Below, piece by piece: positions 9,268 to 19,236 of a DNA stretch of 64,000 nt. Below the pieces are notes generated by a model. That model made no database searches. It was not told the origin of the DNA and worked only from the letters and a program-made list of their open reading frames with translations. Positions within the stretch are counted from its first letter, which is position 1, and the number at the start of each line of letters is the position of its first letter. Origin of the DNA: an uncultured Verrucomicrobiae bacterium (GTDB lineage: Bacteria > Verrucomicrobiota > Verrucomicrobiia > Limisphaerales > Palsa-1400); the NCBI GenBank assembly GCA_963702845.1, contig OY969763.1:4576001-4640000 (forward strand), read 5' to 3'. The position numbers and the translations under genes are program-made.

Positions 9268-12200
9268 TCACGCAGCGAGGATTACTCGTTTGATTTCACC
9301 CAGGCGCGCGGTGGCAGTTGTTTTAGTTAGCCTCGGGAATTTTCCACCGACCATCACGTAATCGTTTTTGCGCGTCAGCATCAACTTGTCACCTTGGGTT
9401 TCGATCACGCCGAAATCGCGCTCGGCGGCCAACACTTTGAGTTCGCTAACTTTCAGCAATAGTTCGACTTCATCCGGCAACGGGCCGAAGCGATCGCGCA
9501 ACTCTTGTTTCAATTCGCGCAAGCCGGTTTGATCGGTGATCTGGGCGAGCTTGCGATAGATGTCGATGCGATGTTGAGATTCGCTCACGTACTTCAACGG
9601 AATGAACGCGCCGGTTTTTTGCAGTTTCTTTGCTTCGGGTTCTTTTTCTTCGCGGTGCGCGTACGTGCCAACATCGCGTGGGATGTTGATTTCGAAATCT
9701 GCCTTTGAACGCACGGTGTGCGAAATCGCTTGTTCACGCGCGCGGTTCTGTTGGACCAGGTCGTCGGCGCTCATGGCGAGGAAGTCCAAACGAACCTGCA
9801 CCTGGACACGTTGCTGGACTTTTTCGCCCTTCAACGAGCTGACGCTTTGTTTGAGAAGTTGGCAATACAACTCGAAACCAACAGCGGTGATGTGGCCGCT
9901 TTGTTGATGGCCTAAAAGATTTCCTGCGCCACGAATTTCGAGATCGCGCATGGCAATTTTGAAGCCGCTGCCGAGGGTCGAATATTGTTTGATGGCGCTG
10001 ATGCGTTTGCGGGCGTCGCTCAGGAGGCCGGCGTGGCGCGGCAAAAGCAGATACGCGTAGGCCTGGTGTTTGTAGCGGCCGACGCGGCCGCGGAGTTGAT
10101 AGAGATCGCTCAGGCCAAACCGGTCGGCGCGATCGATGATGATCGTGTTGGCGTTGGGAATATCGAGACCGCTTTCGATGATCGTGGTGGACAGGAGGAC
10201 GTCGGTTTCGCCATTCACGAATTTCGTCATTACGCCTTCCAGTTCGTCCGCATCCATCTGGCCATGGCCGACGCCGAAACGCGCGTTCGGAATGAGCTTT
10301 TGCAAACGTTGCGCAACGGCGTCGATATCGAGCACGCGATTGTGCAAATAGAAAACCTGCCCGCCGCGATTGAGTTCGCGCTGGATGGCGTCGCGGATGA
10401 TGCGCTCGTCGTATTGAGTGACGATGGTTTCAACCGGCAGACGATCTTGCGGCGGCGTTTCGATCGTGCTCATGTCGCGCGCGCCGGCCAGAGCGAGATA
10501 GAGGGTGCGCGGAATTGGTGTGGCGCTGAGGGTCAGGACATCAACGAGCGTGCGGAGGCGCTTAAATTTTTCTTTGTGCAACACGCCGAAGCGTTGCTCT
10601 TCATCGATTACAACAAGACCGAGGTCTTTGAAGACAATGTCCTTTTGCAACAGGCGATGAGTCCCGATCACGATGTCCACTGAGCCAGCAGCAATGTCTT
10701 TAATGGTTTGCTCCTGTTGGCGACGTGAGCGGTAGCGGGACAGCAAATCTATTCGCACGGGATAATCGGCCATGCGCTCGCGAAAACTATTGAAGTGTTG
10801 TTGTGCGAGAACGGTCGTTGGAACAAGGATGGCGACTTGTTTGCCGCTGAGCGCGGATTTGAAAGCGGTGCGAATCGCGACTTCGGTTTTGCCGTAGCCG
10901 ACATCGCCGCAGATGAGACGGTCCATCGGTTTCGGCGCTTCCATGTCTTTTTTGGCCGCGATGATCGCGCGCATCTGGTCGGGCGTTTCTTCGTAGATGA
11001 AGCTGTTTTCGAATTCGAGTTGCCAACCCTTATCGGGCGGGAACGCATGGCCTAGCTGCGACGCACGCGCGGCTTGAATCTGGAGCATCTCAGCCGCGAC
11101 ATCGCGAACCGCAAGCACAGCCTGCGCTTTTGTTTTAGCCCAACGAGCGCCGCCGAGTGTGTTCAACGGCGGACGCACTTTGCCGGCGCCGACATACTTA
11201 CTGACCAGATGCGCTTCGTTGACCGGGACGTAAAGTTTCGGCGCTGGATTATCCGCATCGCTCGCGGCGTATTCGATGACCAGACATTCTTCGCCGGGTT
11301 CATTTAGCTCAGTGATTTTGTCGGTGGTTTTTTGGCCCTGAGCTTTCGGGACGAGTTGCAGGCCCCTGTAGCGACCGATGCCATGTTGCAAATGGACGAC
11401 GTAATCGCCTTCCTGCAACTCACTGAAATTGATGTCGAGGAGCGATTTGCTCGTTTGTGCGTGCGGCGACTTCAGGCGGCGCGGACGTTGGACTTTGTAA
11501 CGACCGAAAATCTCCGCATCAGTGACAACGACAACCTTGGCCGGTTCGAAAAGAAAACCGCGCGAGAGTGTGCCAATGTGGACGTGCAAGGTGCCGGTAT
11601 TGCCAAAACCGTATTCCCACCAAATTTCCTCGAAGCGCTGGCGTTCACCATCGTTGTTGCAAAACACGTGAACAACGTAGTTCTGTCGCGACCAACGATG
11701 CAGTTGCGAGAAGAACTCCTTGCGCTGAGCTTCGGCGATGTGCGGTTCGGGCGCGCGGTCACCGATTGGACGAAATACTTCGAGGCTCTGGAAGCGAACT
11801 TCTTCTTTCGGCTCGAAATTGAAGTCGTTAGAGAGTTCGGGGAGCGCCTGCATTTGGCTCAACGAAACTTGAGCGAGTTTGCGTAGCGAAAGTTCGTTTT
11901 GAAAATCGTCCCACGAAATATAAAACGGATCGTTATCGGGCACTTGCGCCGCGTAGCGTTCGGCGTGTTCATTGATCGACTCGGGATCGCAGATCACAAA
12001 AATGGCGTTGCTCGGCAGATAATCGAGCAGGCAGGCGAGCTTGGATTGGTTTTGTTTTAAAATTCCCAGTTCACCGCCCGGTGGCACCAGCACGTCCTGA
12101 ATCTCCTGATTGGAAATCTGTGTGATGGGATCGAAATAACGCAACGATTCGAGTTCATTGCCGAAAAATTCCAAGCGCACGGGCCATGGACTAGTCAGCG

Positions 12201-12936
12201 GCCAAAGATCAATGATGCCACCGCGCAGGCTGTGCGTGCCTTTTTGTGTAACCTGCGTTTCGGGTTCGTAGCCTTGTAATTCCAACCACTCGATCAAGTC
12301 GAGCATTTCAATTTGCTCACCACGTTTGATGCGGCGGGTGCGTTGGCGCAGCTCGTCCGCGGCAAAGGTGCGCTGCATCAACGCGACGACGTTCGTGACG
12401 ATCAGCGACCGTTTGGTATTGGTTAACGCCGCCAATGTTTCGAGGCGTTCGCTGATCACATCGGCGTGGGGCAAACGTGATTCGTGAGGCAAAACTTCCC
12501 AGGCGGGGAAGAATAAGGGTCGAGGGCCGAGGGTCGAAGGTCGAAGGCTAGAGTCTTCTGTCGGCTCTCGACTTTCGGCCTTCGACTCTCGACCTTGTCC
12601 CCACCACGTCTCCAAATCCTGCTGGACGACTTCCTGACGTTTGAGGCCGTCGGTAACTACGACGATAGTGCGTTGGGGAAATAAGTGAGCAAGCAACGCA
12701 GCGACAGCAGGCTGACCTCCATCGCTGACGTCGGGAAGAGACAAGACTTCTCCCGACTCCACACGCCGAACCAGGGACTGGACAGCGAGAGTTGACGATA
12801 AGACCGGCAACAAAGCGCCGGTCTGCTGCGACCGGCTATTTTCCACTACGAACAAATGTGCCGCACGCAAGGGAACGGTCAAGCGCGCTTCCTTGAGATG
12901 TACCGAAGGTGTTGCGAGGTCGGTGTTATCCATCAA
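9268..12936 (-). CDS. mfd: Transcription-repair coupling factor
   Basis: UvrB-like N-terminus (RGGIIDLWP), CarD-like '[14 protein letters not shown]', helicase motifs [34 protein letters not shown]; start may be GTG at 12846. Confidence 0.97.
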   Translation of the reverse strand: MMDNTDLATPSVHLKEARLTVPLRAAHLFVVENSRSQQTGALLPVLSSTLAVQSLVRRVESGEVLSLPDVSDGGQPAVAALLAHLFPQRTIVVVTDGLKRQEVVQQDLETWWGQGRESKAESREPTEDSSLRPSTLGPRPLFFPAWEVLPHESRLPHADVISERLETLAALTNTKRSLIVTNVVALMQRTFAADELRQRTRRIKRGEQIEMLDLIEWLELQGYEPETQVTQKGTHSLRGGIIDLWPLTSPWPVRLEFFGNELESLRYFDPITQISNQEIQDVLVPPGGELGILKQNQSKLACLLDYLPSNAIFVICDPESINEHAERYAAQVPDNDPFYISWDDFQNELSLRKLAQVSLSQMQALPELSNDFNFEPKEEVRFQSLEVFRPIGDRAPEPHIAEAQRKEFFSQLHRWSRQNYVVHVFCNNDGERQRFEEIWWEYGFGNTGTLHVHIGTLSRGFLFEPAKVVVVTDAEIFGRYKVQRPRRLKSPHAQTSKSLLDINFSELQEGDYVVHLQHGIGRYRGLQLVPKAQGQKTTDKITELNEPGEECLVIEYAASDADNPAPKLYVPVNEAHLVSKYVGAGKVRPPLNTLGGARWAKTKAQAVLAVRDVAAEMLQIQAARASQLGHAFPPDKGWQLEFENSFIYEETPDQMRAIIAAKKDMEAPKPMDRLICGDVGYGKTEVAIRTAFKSALSGKQVAILVPTTVLAQQHFNSFRERMADYPVRIDLLSRYRSRRQQEQTIKDIAAGSVDIVIGTHRLLQKDIVFKDLGLVVIDEEQRFGVLHKEKFKRLRTLVDVLTLSATPIPRTLYLALAGARDMSTIETPPQDRLPVETIVTQYDERIIRDAIQRELNRGGQVFYLHNRVLDIDAVAQRLQKLIPNARFGVGHGQMDADELEGVMTKFVNGETDVLLSTTIIESGLDIPNANTIIIDRADRFGLSDLYQLRGRVGRYKHQAYAYLLLPRHAGLLSDARKRISAIKQYSTLGSGFKIAMRDLEIRGAGNLLGHQQSGHITAVGFELYCQLLKQSVSSLKGEKVQQRVQVQVRLDFLAMSADDLVQQNRAREQAISHTVRSKADFEINIPRDVGTYAHREEKEPEAKKLQKTGAFIPLKYVSESQHRIDIYRKLAQITDQTGLRELKQELRDRFGPLPDEVELLLKVSELKVLAAERDFGVIETQGDKLMLTRKNDYVMVGGKFPRLTKTTATARLGEIKRVILAA
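12517..12595. repeat. Inverted pair of 7-nt tandem-repeat arrays (hairpin) inserted in frame in mfd
   Basis: GGGTCGA GGGCCGA GGGTCGA AGGTCGA AGGCTAG AGTC ... GGCTCTC GACTTTC GGCCTTC GACTCTC GACCT; translated as [26 protein letters not shown]. Confidence 0.75.
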
Positions 12937-12950
12937 AATTTTTCGTTGAA

Positions 12951-12978
12951 GGTCTATCTAGGTGTATTTAGGTGTATC
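12951..12978. repeat. Three 10-nt direct repeats (GGTSTATYTA) between mfd and pyrF
   Basis: GGTCTATCTA GGTGTATTTA GGTGTATC. Confidence 0.55.
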
Positions 12979-13080
12979 GCGCTGTTGCTCGCCCGGGCAC
13001 ACCCCGAATGTTTGCGATGGTTCAGAGAATTCGCATTGGCGCGGCATATCTTTAATGTTTTCGATAAAGTGTCAGCGCAG

Positions 13081-13107
13081 TCACTTGGACAAAGGCTGTC
13101 CAAGTGA
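13081..13107. promoter_or_regulatory. Perfect 11-bp inverted repeat upstream of pyrF (operator-like)
   Basis: TCACTTGGACA-aaggc-TGTCCAAGTGA. Confidence 0.55.
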
Positions 13108-13153
13108 AAATTTATTATTCGCGACTGAAACGGTTCGTGATTAAGTGTTTGGC

Positions 13154-13853
13154 ATGGCGAATCCCATAATTGTCGCGTTGGATGTTTCCGCGGAGCGTGC
13201 GAATCAACTGGTGCAAGAGCTCGCGACCGTGGTGGGGGCGTTCAAGATTGGCAGCACGCTCTTCACCAGCGCGGGGCCGGATTTTGTGCGGAAGGTGCGC
13301 GCGACCGGGGCTTCGGTTTTTCTCGATTTAAAATTTCATGACATTCCAAACACAGTGGCGGGCGCAGTCGCTTCAGCGACAACTTTGGATGTGCAGATGA
13401 TCACGATCCATACGTGCGGTGGAGTCGAGATGATGAAGGCAGCGGAAGATGCAGTGCAAAAAACAGCGCGCGAATTGAATCGCCCTGCCCCGTTGATTTT
13501 GGGAGTCACGGTTTTGACGAGCATGGATGATCGCTCGTTGCACGAGGTTGGAGTGCCGCTTTCGGCGGAGGATCAAGTTTTGCATCTCGCTGGATTAGCA
13601 ATGAAGAGCGGGCTGCGCGGTTTGGTCTGTTCACCTTTGGAAGTGTCAAAGCTTCGGTCAGTGATTCCGAAAATCGATGCAGCTCGTTACGCCAGGGATC
13701 CGCCTCGGTGACGAAAAGGCTGACGATCAGAAGCGCACTTTGTCACCCAAGGAAGCGTTGGGCGCAGGCGCAAACTGGCTGGTGATCGGACGTCCGATTT
13801 ACGCGGCAACAAATCCACGTCAAGCCGCAGAAAAGATTTTGCAAACGCTTTAA
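13154..13853 (+). CDS. pyrF: Orotidine-5'-phosphate decarboxylase; +1 frameshift in AAAA at 13670-13673
   Basis: IVALD, FLDLKFHDIPNTV, VTVLTS; the shifted frame gives VTPGIR...DDQKRT...LVIGRPI to TAA at 13853. Confidence 0.93.
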
Positions 13854-14044
13854 GAGAGTCGCTTCTCCCAATAAGGCTTCATTGGATGTTTGATTGCCAC
13901 GCTTCAACCTGAGCGAATTGCCTAGGGAAAATACAGCCGGACGCGAATTGTGAAAAACAGAGTTGGCTGGAACGTGGGCTTAGCTCGCGGACTCGACGCC
14001 CGGCATCTTCGGGATCGCCAGCTAAGGGAATGAAAGGACACTCA

Positions 14045-15715
14045 ATGAATAGTAAACGCGCTCTCCTCCCGCTGACCGTGGGAATGCTTTTAACTGTCGC
14101 GACGATTTTCACGCTTGCACAAACCGCACCAGCACCAGCACCTGCGCAACCTGCGGCTCAACCAGCCGGAGCTCAGCCAGCTCCCGCTCAACCTGCAGCT
14201 GCGGCACAACCAGCTGCTGCGCCACAACCAGCCGCGGCACCACAACAACCTGCTACCGCTGCAGAGCCGGCTGGTGCCGCACAACCGGCCGCTGCGGCGG
14301 CCCAAACAAACGCCGCCCCGGCAGCCGCCGCAGCAGCACCACCCGCGCAGGGGGCCCAACGCAGTGCGACCGAACTTGAACAACTCGCTGCGCCCATCGC
14401 GCTTTATCCCGACAAGCTCATCGCCACCATCCTGCCGGCATCCGCTTATCCCCTGGAAGTTGTTGAGGCGGCGCGCTTCGTGAGTGACTCAAACAACGTC
14501 GCAAAAATCGACGAACAACAATGGAGCGCCCAAGTCAAAGAAGTCGCTCGCATTCCTGAAGTCATTACACAAATGGATAAAAACATTGCCTGGACGCGCA
14601 ACCTGGGCGACGCGTTCATCAACCAGCCGAAGGAATTGATGGATGCCATCCAAACGTTGCGTGTAAAGGCCCAGCAGTCTGGCGCTCTTAAAACCACGCC
14701 GCAGCAAACCGTAAACGCCGCCCCGGAAGTCGTTACTAACATTGTCGAGCAACAACCGGTAATCGTGACGAATGAAGTTGTCACGATCGAACCAGCCCAA
14801 CCCGATGTTGTTTACGTTCCTCAATATAATCCGACGGTGGTTTATCCCGACACTCCAGTCGCGTACCCTGGTTACGCGTATCCACCGGCGCCCGCTTACT
14901 ATCCTGGAGCGGCTGTCGCTGGCAGCTTGCTCACGTTCGGAGCCGGCATGGCGGTGGGCGCGGCGGTTTGGGGCAACGATTGCGACTGGGGCGGCGGTGG
15001 TTGTTGGAGTGGCGGGGACGTAAATGTTAACCGCAACGTGAACGTGAATAATGTTAACGGCGCTAACGTTAACCGTGGGAATGTTAACGGCGCCAATATC
15101 AACAACGCCAATCGTCAAAAATGGCAGCCCGATCAAGCCCGCCTCCAAAATTCCGGAGCAAATATGGCGGGCGCTGAGAACCGCGCTGCACGTGGATACG
15201 GCACAGGCCAGGCCGGAGCCAACCGCTCGGAAGCCGTAGCTAATGCCAGCCGCCAAGCAGGAGCGGAACAAAGGGCTGCAGCGGCGCGTAATCCAAGCCA
15301 AGCGGGACAATACGGCGGCGAGCGGGCGCAGGGCGCAGGCCAACAGCGACAAGCAGGTGCCGCGGGCCAGCAAAGACAAGCAGCCGCAGGAGGACAGCAA
15401 AGGCAAACAGGAGCCGCAGCGCAACAGAGGCAGGCAGCAGGCGGAGGACAACAGGGACAAGCGCGCCAACAAGCTGCTAATCGGACCGGCGGTGCTCAGG
15501 CCAGTGGCGCTCAGAAAAGTGCGTTCAGTGGCTCTGGCAACGCAGCTGCCACGCGACAAGCAAGCGCTCGAGGGTCCAGCAGTCGAGCTTCTTCGGCAGG
15601 CGCAGCTGGAGGAGGAGGCGCAGCCCGCAGTGGTGGAGGTGGTGGTGGATCCCGTGGTGGCGGAGGCGGTGGAGGATCCCGTGGCGGCGGCGGAGGAGGA
15701 GGACGCCGTCGTTAA
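14045..15715 (+). CDS. DUF3300-family secreted protein with Ala/Pro/Gln linker and Asn- and Gly/Arg-rich low-complexity tail
   Basis: 'ELEQLAAPIALYPDKLIATILPASAYPLEVV', 'LGDAFINQPKELMDAIQTLR', 'IEPAQPDVVYVPQYNP'; SD AAAGGA. Confidence 0.85.
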   Translation: MNSKRALLPLTVGMLLTVATIFTLAQTAPAPAPAQPAAQPAGAQPAPAQPAAAAQPAAAPQPAAAPQQPATAAEPAGAAQPAAAAAQTNAAPAAAAAAPPAQGAQRSATELEQLAAPIALYPDKLIATILPASAYPLEVVEAARFVSDSNNVAKIDEQQWSAQVKEVARIPEVITQMDKNIAWTRNLGDAFINQPKELMDAIQTLRVKAQQSGALKTTPQQTVNAAPEVVTNIVEQQPVIVTNEVVTIEPAQPDVVYVPQYNPTVVYPDTPVAYPGYAYPPAPAYYPGAAVAGSLLTFGAGMAVGAAVWGNDCDWGGGGCWSGGDVNVNRNVNVNNVNGANVNRGNVNGANINNANRQKWQPDQARLQNSGANMAGAENRAARGYGTGQAGANRSEAVANASRQAGAEQRAAAARNPSQAGQYGGERAQGAGQQRQAGAAGQQRQAAAGGQQRQTGAAAQQRQAAGGGQQGQARQQAANRTGGAQASGAQKSAFSGSGNAAATRQASARGSSSRASSAGAAGGGGAARSGGGGGGSRGGGGGGGSRGGGGGGGRRR

Positions 15716-15756
15716 AAACGGCCACATCGTATGAAACCTGAGCCAATGGAATTTTT

Positions 15757-16731
15757 ATGAATGCTATCTCTCCTAATTCAAAAGTTATCAATCGTTTCGC
15801 ACTGTCACCGCTGTTGTTAGCGACTGTCCTTTGGGCATCACCAACTATGCACATGAACGGGGCAACAGCCGGCAAGACTTTCGCTTCTCCCGATGACGCT
15901 GTGAGGGCGCTTGCCACAGCGGTGGAGAACCGGGACAGCAACGCGTTAGCAAATATTTTCGGCCCGAACTTCAAGGAAATCGAGTCACCCGATCCCGTTC
16001 AGACAAAAGAAGAGCTCGAGACGCTGAACGAACGCCTCAAGGAAGGAACGCGACTCGAGCGCAATGGCAACAACCAATACACCGTCGATATCGGCCGGGA
16101 TCAGTGGCCCTTTGCCGTTCCGATTGTTCAACAGAGAGGCTCGTGGTTTTTTGACACGGACGCCGGCAAAGAGGAAGTGATCAACCGCCGCATCGGCCGC
16201 AACGAACTCGACGCACTCAAAAGTGTTCGGGCTTATAACGATGCGCAGCGCGCATACGCCAGCAAAGATCGCAACGGCGACCAGGTGCTCCAGTACGCTC
16301 AAAAATTCGTCAGCTCACCGGGAAAGAAAGATGGCCTCTACTGGTCACAGGATCTAGGCGGTGAAGAAAGCCCGCTCGGTCCGCTTTTCGTCCAGGCACA
16401 TGGCGAAGGATATTCCATTAAAAGAACATCCCAAAACGCAAACAGCGGTCAGTCTCGTGAACCGTTCCACGGCTACTACTTCAAGATTCTTAACCGTCAG
16501 GGCAAGAGCGCTCCAGGCGGCGCCTATGACTACATCATCAACGGGCACATGATTGGTGGCTTTGCCCTCGTGGCGTGGCCTGCAGATTACGGCGAGACAG
16601 GTGTCATGACCTTTATCATCAACCAGCAGGGCAAAGTTTATCAAAAGGACCTTGGAAAAAATACCGAATCGATTGCCGAGAAAATGAAAGCCTACGATCC
16701 TGATTCGAGTTGGACGCGTTCACCTGAATAA
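15757..16731 (+). CDS. DUF2950-family protein
   Basis: 'FASPDDAV', 'WPFAVPIV', 'RRIGRNE', 'GKKDGLYW', 'PFHGYYFKIL', 'YGETGVMTF'; usual partner of DUF3300. Confidence 0.88.
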   Translation: MNAISPNSKVINRFALSPLLLATVLWASPTMHMNGATAGKTFASPDDAVRALATAVENRDSNALANIFGPNFKEIESPDPVQTKEELETLNERLKEGTRLERNGNNQYTVDIGRDQWPFAVPIVQQRGSWFFDTDAGKEEVINRRIGRNELDALKSVRAYNDAQRAYASKDRNGDQVLQYAQKFVSSPGKKDGLYWSQDLGGEESPLGPLFVQAHGEGYSIKRTSQNANSGQSREPFHGYYFKILNRQGKSAPGGAYDYIINGHMIGGFALVAWPADYGETGVMTFIINQQGKVYQKDLGKNTESIAEKMKAYDPDSSWTRSPE

Positions 16732-16777
16732 TCGTTCTGCGGCGAAAAGACATTCTACGAGGTGGGCGGCCTCGGAC

Positions 16778-17176
16778 ATGAGCAAGTTAGACCCAGGAAT
16801 CATCGATTTCGGCACCGGCGAAAAACTGGCGTTTGAGCGCACCCGGCTCGCTTACGAGCGCACCATGATGGCGTGGATCCGAACGGCCACCGCGCTCATC
16901 GCATTTGGCTTCGGCATGTACAAACTCTTTCAAATTATACCGCTCGCGACGGGCTTGAAGCCGGGGCAACACGTGGTCAGCCCTCGCGCGATTGCATTCT
17001 TGCTGGCCTTCCTGGGCGACCTTTCGCTCTTGTTTGCTGCTTTTCAACATCGAATCAACCTTCAACGGATGCGCGCGCTCGGGTTAAGAGTTCCTTATTC
17101 GTTCGCTTCACTCCTCGCCACTTTTTTGGCGATTCTCGGAATTGTCGTGCTGCTGATGGTGCTTCTCCGAATTTAA
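16778..17176 (+). CDS. DUF202/YidH-family membrane protein
   Basis: 'LAFERTRLAYERTMMAWIRTATALIAFGF', three hydrophobic helices. Confidence 0.85.
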   Translation: MSKLDPGIIDFGTGEKLAFERTRLAYERTMMAWIRTATALIAFGFGMYKLFQIIPLATGLKPGQHVVSPRAIAFLLAFLGDLSLLFAAFQHRINLQRMRALGLRVPYSFASLLATFLAILGIVVLLMVLLRI

Positions 17177-17195
17177 CAGCACTCGTGATGAAAAC

Positions 17196-19115
17196 TTAGG
17201 GATTCGCGGCCAGCCAGAAGCGGATGGCGGTTGCTTGTGGGTTATGAGGGTCCGCCTGTAGCACGCGCAGGTAATGGTCGCGCGCGAGTTTCGGCTGGTC
17301 AAGAGATTGCGCGTAAAGCGTCGCCAACAGCAGGTTCGCTTTCGCGTCGATCGGATTTTGTTGGAGAAGTTTTTCAAGTTCGTCAGCGGCGTCTTGCGGA
17401 TATTTGGCTTTCTGCAAGGACCAGGCGAACGCATACCGGGCGTCGGTTGATTGCGGGTTGATGGCGAGGGCCTGCTCAAAAAATTGCAAGGAAGCCGGAT
17501 AGTCGAAGACTTGTTGTTGCGTTACTCCTAATAGATATGCCGCGTCGAAATTCGCAGGGTCACTGATCGATGCGTTGCGATAGGCAAGAATCGCGTCCGA
17601 AAAATGTGACTGGCGACGGGCGGCACTACCTTGAGCGACAAATTGGGCCGCCGATTGCGTGTTCCCCGCCGCGGGCTTCGCAGGCGATAAATATTTGTAA
17701 CGTGCGATGGCCGGTTTAGGTGGCAAGGGTGTCATAACCGACGGCGTCGCGGCGACCACCGGTTTAGGCTCGGGAAGCGGAGTTTCTTTGATGACTTCAG
17801 GCGCGGGCTCTGACGCTTCTTTTGTTTTGTTCTTTTTGCCGAACCAGCTGACTGGATTCAGCTTTTTCAAGATGCCGTTTTTCTTTTCCATTTTGGGCTC
17901 AAGCGGCTGCAGCGTCACCGCACGCGGAGCAGTCACAGCCGGCAACGCAGGCTGCGGAATCGCAGGTGCAGCAACATCCTGGGCGACCTTTGGACTGGCT
18001 GTGTCGCTGACTTGGGCGACTTCCAGTGGAGCAGAGGTTGCACTCGAAACCGGCGACGTGGTTTGCTTTGTCACAGCAGCGGTTGCCGGTGGTTTTGCGG
18101 CTGTGTCAGGCTGTTGTCGTGGTGATTGGAATGCAACCGGTGCCACCGCATTTTGAACTGGCGCAGAAACACTCGGGGAATTGGTTTTTACAGGTGCGCT
18201 GGCAACCTGTGTTGGCCCTGTTTTCGGCTGCGGCGTCGGAGCGGGATTGGCGGCAACCACAGGCGTCGGAGCTGCAAGAACCGGCTTCGGCGCGGGCGTC
18301 GCTACAACGGGCGGGGCAAATTCGCGTTCCAAGCTTTTCACGACCGGTTCAATTTCGCCCGCGTTTTCTGGAGTCGGCTTGAGCGCGAGGTAGTCGCGGT
18401 ATTTCTGCAGCGCTAGCCTATGGTCGTGTTGGTATTGGTGCGCAACGATCGCCAGGTTCAGAATGGCTGGGCCGTAGTTCGGATCGAGTTGGAGGGCGGA
18501 GTTGAATTCTTTTTGCGCATCCAGCGGGCGATTGCGCTGGAGATGAACGACGCCGAGGGCGTTATCAATTTCGGCGCTCGGCTGCAGAGTGCGCGCGCTC
18601 TCAAAACATTTTTTGGCGTTGTCGAGTCTGCGTTGCTTTTCCACGCCGGCGATTTTTGTCGACCAATGGAGGTGCGCGGTGCCGAGTTTGGTAAAGCCTT
18701 CAGGATCGTTCGGACGCAGCGTCACATAGGTCACCAGCAAATCGACCGCAGCTGGATAGTTTTTTTGTTCCAGTTGCAGGACGCCCATGTTGTAGTCGGC
18801 TTCCACCAAATTGCGGTCGAGCCTCAGCGCCTGTTGATACGCCTTGAGCGCGGGAGCGGGTTGACCGGCATTTTGATACGCCAGGCCGAGGAAGTTCCAG
18901 GCTTGCGCCTGCACCGGCGCGGGATCTTTGGCCAGTTGGCCCGTGGCGGCCTCGAGTTTTTCGATTGCGCCTTGATAATCGCCGTTGCGCAGGAGTTTCT
19001 CTCCTTTGATGACGTTGCGTGGGCCAGCCGGGCCGCAGGCGGTCAGGAAAATTGAAAGAGAGGAAATCAGGACGAACGAGGACAGGTTTGGCCCCCGTTT
19101 TTTAATGGTCACCAT
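17196..19115 (-). CDS. Tetratricopeptide-repeat lipoprotein with central Pro/Ala-rich linker
   Basis: Lipobox LTAC; TPR units such as AWNFLGLAY and ADYNMGVL; second TPR block at the C-terminus. Confidence 0.85.
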   Translation of the reverse strand: MVTIKKRGPNLSSFVLISSLSIFLTACGPAGPRNVIKGEKLLRNGDYQGAIEKLEAATGQLAKDPAPVQAQAWNFLGLAYQNAGQPAPALKAYQQALRLDRNLVEADYNMGVLQLEQKNYPAAVDLLVTYVTLRPNDPEGFTKLGTAHLHWSTKIAGVEKQRRLDNAKKCFESARTLQPSAEIDNALGVVHLQRNRPLDAQKEFNSALQLDPNYGPAILNLAIVAHQYQHDHRLALQKYRDYLALKPTPENAGEIEPVVKSLEREFAPPVVATPAPKPVLAAPTPVVAANPAPTPQPKTGPTQVASAPVKTNSPSVSAPVQNAVAPVAFQSPRQQPDTAAKPPATAAVTKQTTSPVSSATSAPLEVAQVSDTASPKVAQDVAAPAIPQPALPAVTAPRAVTLQPLEPKMEKKNGILKKLNPVSWFGKKNKTKEASEPAPEVIKETPLPEPKPVVAATPSVMTPLPPKPAIARYKYLSPAKPAAGNTQSAAQFVAQGSAARRQSHFSDAILAYRNASISDPANFDAAYLLGVTQQQVFDYPASLQFFEQALAINPQSTDARYAFAWSLQKAKYPQDAADELEKLLQQNPIDAKANLLLATLYAQSLDQPKLARDHYLRVLQADPHNPQATAIRFWLAANP

Positions 19116-19236
19116 GCACGAGCGTGTTAGCATCGCGGGCTGACGGTGTCAAGATACGGACGCTTAAAACCCGCGAAAACATTGATATTGCGCACGGTTG
19201 ATGGTTCCGAACAAATTGGCAGGCCACTTCGTCTGA

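Noticed and set aside
13660..13690. Programmed ribosomal frameshift in pyrF
   Set aside because: Only a 4-A run without a slippery heptamer or stimulatory structure; similar indels throughout the window point to sequencing error
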